Source of the DNA: Andalucia godoyi And28
Taxonomy: Eukaryota; Protista; Jakobida
Length of the DNA: 64,000 nucleotides
NCBI GenBank assembly: GCA_009859145.1
Contig: VRVR01000040.1
Coordinates: 184,871-248,870 of the forward strand
Reading direction: 5' to 3'
Below, one piece after another: positions 61,380 through 64,000 of this stretch (the stretch's first letter is position 1; every line of letters begins with the position of its first letter). The notes beneath the pieces were generated by a model that saw only the letters and a list, made by a program, of their open reading frames with translations, did not search any database and was not told the DNA's origin. Position numbers and translations under genes: made by a program.

Positions 61380-62920
61380 GAGAACATCAGCCTCTTTTCT
61401 CGTTTCTTTCTTCTTGGATCGCTTTTGATTTTTAGGTTGGTTTTTCGCTGACCTCGGGGCAAGACTGACATGGCAAGAAAACATGCGACACTGAGGGAAG
61501 TCGCTTTTTTTTCTTCTTTTTGCCAGGTCTTTGGAGGCCCATCAGGCCATCACAATATTTGGGCACTGCCTGGTGCGTGCATTGCTTGCACCGGGAGGTT
61601 GAGCGGAATCACCAGATCAGCCATCGCCCATCGGCAGCTCAGACGTTATACACTCTTGTTCATTTGTGGTCGTACCTTGTTTGGAATTGGTGCCGACCTG
61701 GCGAGGAAGCTTCTGGAAGGATATGACTGTCCAATTTTGAGAACTTTGACCATTGTTGATAGCCTTTTGTTTCCAGTCTTTCCACACCTTCGCTTCTGCC
61801 ACCGTCCTCGCGAGTTGCGACTGGTTCGTGCGATGACGTCGCTCTTGGTCCTTCCCATTTCCCATTTCCTATTTTTTGCTCTTCCCTCTTCCCTCTTCCC
61901 ATTTTCCATTTTCCTCTCTCGCCTGATCGCCCCTTTCCCCCCCATTTCAAATTTCTAGAGTTTGCTTAGATGTCTTTTACCCGTTGCGACCCATAAATTG
62001 TTGATTATATTTTTCTGCGCTTTGTGGGGAATCGGTGTGGTGCTGGTGATACGAGAGAGTGCGGGCGTGGTGCGAGTGTTTTGGCGTCTTAAATTCGCTG
62101 CTGAGCCGTGGTGATCCGCACAGCTAATCAGAATGCATGAATTCCGCAAATCCCCCCCCGTCTTTGATATGCAGAAGAGGCCCAGTGTCAACCACGCAGT
62201 TCAAATGCAACTGTTTGCAAGAACCGGTTGTCGCGAAGCACCAGCACGCACTCGACATTTTTCTTTTCCGCACCTTGTTGTTGCTGTTGCTGTTGTGCGA
62301 ACGGCTCCCGTTGTCTGTAAATCGCCATTTCTCCATTTCTCCAATCCTCCATTCCTCCACCGCATCTTTCGAGCCAATGATGGTGCCTCCGCCTTTTCAG
62401 CAGTGCCGTCAGACACACGGTCTTGTGTGCATGAACCTGCAAGCATGAGAGTGAGCGGGAGTGGGTCACTGCAGATGTCGTTCAGCAAGCAAAATGATTA
62501 CTGTGCAGTTGATTACATGCAGTGCGGACCCCGAGCAGCAACCGCCCTCGTTGATTAATTGCGCCTTGGAGACAAACAGTCAGTATCTTCAAAATCGTTT
62601 GAGGTTTGTGTCTTCTGTAGTCCGTTCGTCTGTCGAAGGGGGGGAAAGGATTTTTGGGGTCGGTCGGGCGCTGTCATGTCATTCACAAATCTCGCCGGAT
62701 GTCAGTAGGCTTCAGGCATTTTCTTTCCTCTCAACCTTGCATTTTATTATGATTCCTGCATTCAAACGGTGCAGCACTTCTTTTTTCTTGTGGTCTTCCT
62801 GCTCATATTCTCCCTCACTCGCAGTTTCTTTCCAAACCTCCTTTGCTCTCATATCCGTTCCCATTGTGTTGTCGTTTGGTTTGCTCTTTTTTTGTTTTTG
62901 TTTTTGTGAGGAATTTGTAG

Positions 62921-64000
62921 ATGTCTGCCGAGTTTGAATATGAAGAGTTTTCTGCGGAAGCTGGGGACGCTCCAAACCTAGTGGATCTGGTGATTGACGA
63001 TTCTCTTTCGCCGCTTGCTCGATTGGAGCAGTACATCACATCTCAGTACGGGTTCCAGCGAATAGTACTTACCAAGGATTTGCCATCAACTGTTGGATCT
63101 TGTTCTGCATCTGAAGTTTCCACTCGCATTTTCCCGCTGATGGGAACGTTGGTTTCAGACACGGAAGCTGCCGTGCGACAGGCATTCGCAGAAGTCATTC
63201 CACCAATTCTTGCTGCTTGCATGGCTCTCACCGAATCCGAGTTTGAGACGGCTCCGCCAAAGAAAAAGGATCAAAATCTGGCTGTCGAGGCAGCTGGCTT
63301 GCTTGTGCCGTTTTCCCTTCAGCTTTGCCTGGACACCACGCCTCAGGTCGCAGAATCTGCTATGGAAGCAGTAATGATCATCGCAAAGGTTATCTCTCAG
63401 CACATTGACGTGTTCTCTATTGGAAGCTGTAATCCTTCGAAAACGGAGGAGGAAGTGGCAGAGCTTCTTCTTGAATCGTTGATGGAAATGAGCGAGCCCA
63501 ACGCCACAGATGATTCCCGGCTACGGTCAGCCGAATTGTTGTGCAGGCTGTCAAAAGAATGGGGCGTGGAGCTGCTGCGAGATCGCATCGTTCCGAGAGT
63601 CTTGGAGCTTGCGGATGATTCGCAGTTTACTGTGAGAAAAATGATCGCCATGCATCTTTGTGTTCCAGCAAAAGTTATTTACGAATCCATGGATCTCGCA
63701 GATGAAGATGATGAACAAAATGCTGATAGTAGCAAGGTGAAACCTTCGCGAAGCTTGAATGACCTGTTTGGTAATGATGAGATGGCCGTTGCAATCTGGG
63801 ACACGTTTATCCAGCTTTCCGAAGATGATATTTGGGGCGTTCGAAATTCTTGTGCACAGTCTCTACCGCAAATGGTGCGCTCCCTCCCTTCTCAAGTTCG
63901 AGCGTCTCTTGCACTTCCACGGCTGAACAAGTTTCTGACGGACTCGTCACGCTGGGTACGACATGCAGTTTTCAGAAGCCTTGGACAGACGCTGTCCATG
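62921..64000 (+). CDS. PPP4R1: Protein phosphatase 4 regulatory subunit 1-like HEAT-repeat protein, 5' part
   Basis: Hand translation is open to the window end: DDSLSPLARLEQY, DTEAAVRQ, DDSQFTVRK, EDDIWGVRNSCA, DSSRWVRHAVF. Not in the ORF track. Confidence 0.82.
   Translation, partial: MSAEFEYEEFSAEAGDAPNLVDLVIDDSLSPLARLEQYITSQYGFQRIVLTKDLPSTVGSCSASEVSTRIFPLMGTLVSDTEAAVRQAFAEVIPPILAACMALTESEFETAPPKKKDQNLAVEAAGLLVPFSLQLCLDTTPQVAESAMEAVMIIAKVISQHIDVFSIGSCNPSKTEEEVAELLLESLMEMSEPNATDDSRLRSAELLCRLSKEWGVELLRDRIVPRVLELADDSQFTVRKMIAMHLCVPAKVIYESMDLADEDDEQNADSSKVKPSRSLNDLFGNDEMAVAIWDTFIQLSEDDIWGVRNSCAQSLPQMVRSLPSQVRASLALPRLNKFLTDSSRWVRHAVFRSLGQTLSM

Noticed and set aside
61561-61610. CGGGAGGTTGAG, similar to the SRP/Alu sequence, with a small hairpin
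   Set aside because: No UGU turn motif and no helix-8 GNRA/AGCAG signature downstream.

Overview
Compact, intron-poor eukaryotic nuclear DNA, probably from a free-living, flagellated, phagotrophic protist. This is an inference and the taxon cannot be fixed from the sequence alone. About 29 protein genes lie between AT-rich, microsatellite-laden spacers, and only two spliceosomal introns are demonstrable (both with a GTATGC donor). Recognisable genes: a Zn2Cys6 TF (partial), cathepsin B-like protease, mitochondrial ClpP, a nucleotide-sugar transporter, a DOCK GEF, a TMEM144-like transporter, phytochelatin synthase, an AhpC/SelU-like redoxin, a PHB-depolymerase-like esterase, YME1/FtsH, MMACHC, a solitary 5S rRNA gene, TlyA methyltransferase, a ~1690-aa beta-repeat protein, SCAR/WAVE, MAPEG (frameshifted), a PPR protein, an MFS transporter, PLD, GPI8, Fe/Mn-SOD, an LRR/EF-hand protein, a dual-HMG protein and PP4R1 (partial). 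Top leads: (1) a hidden selenoprotein (in-frame TGA giving UxxC) with a candidate non-canonical ACGA-core SECIS; (2) a forkhead-like wHTH plus Aux/IAA-type PB1 protein (ARF-like architecture outside plants) with a homotypic motif cluster upstream; (3) a phytochelatin synthase whose catalytic Asp is replaced by Glu; (4) a giant repetitive beta-protein; (5) prokaryote-like TlyA and Aquifex-type SOD. All family assignments come from motif recognition; no database search was run.
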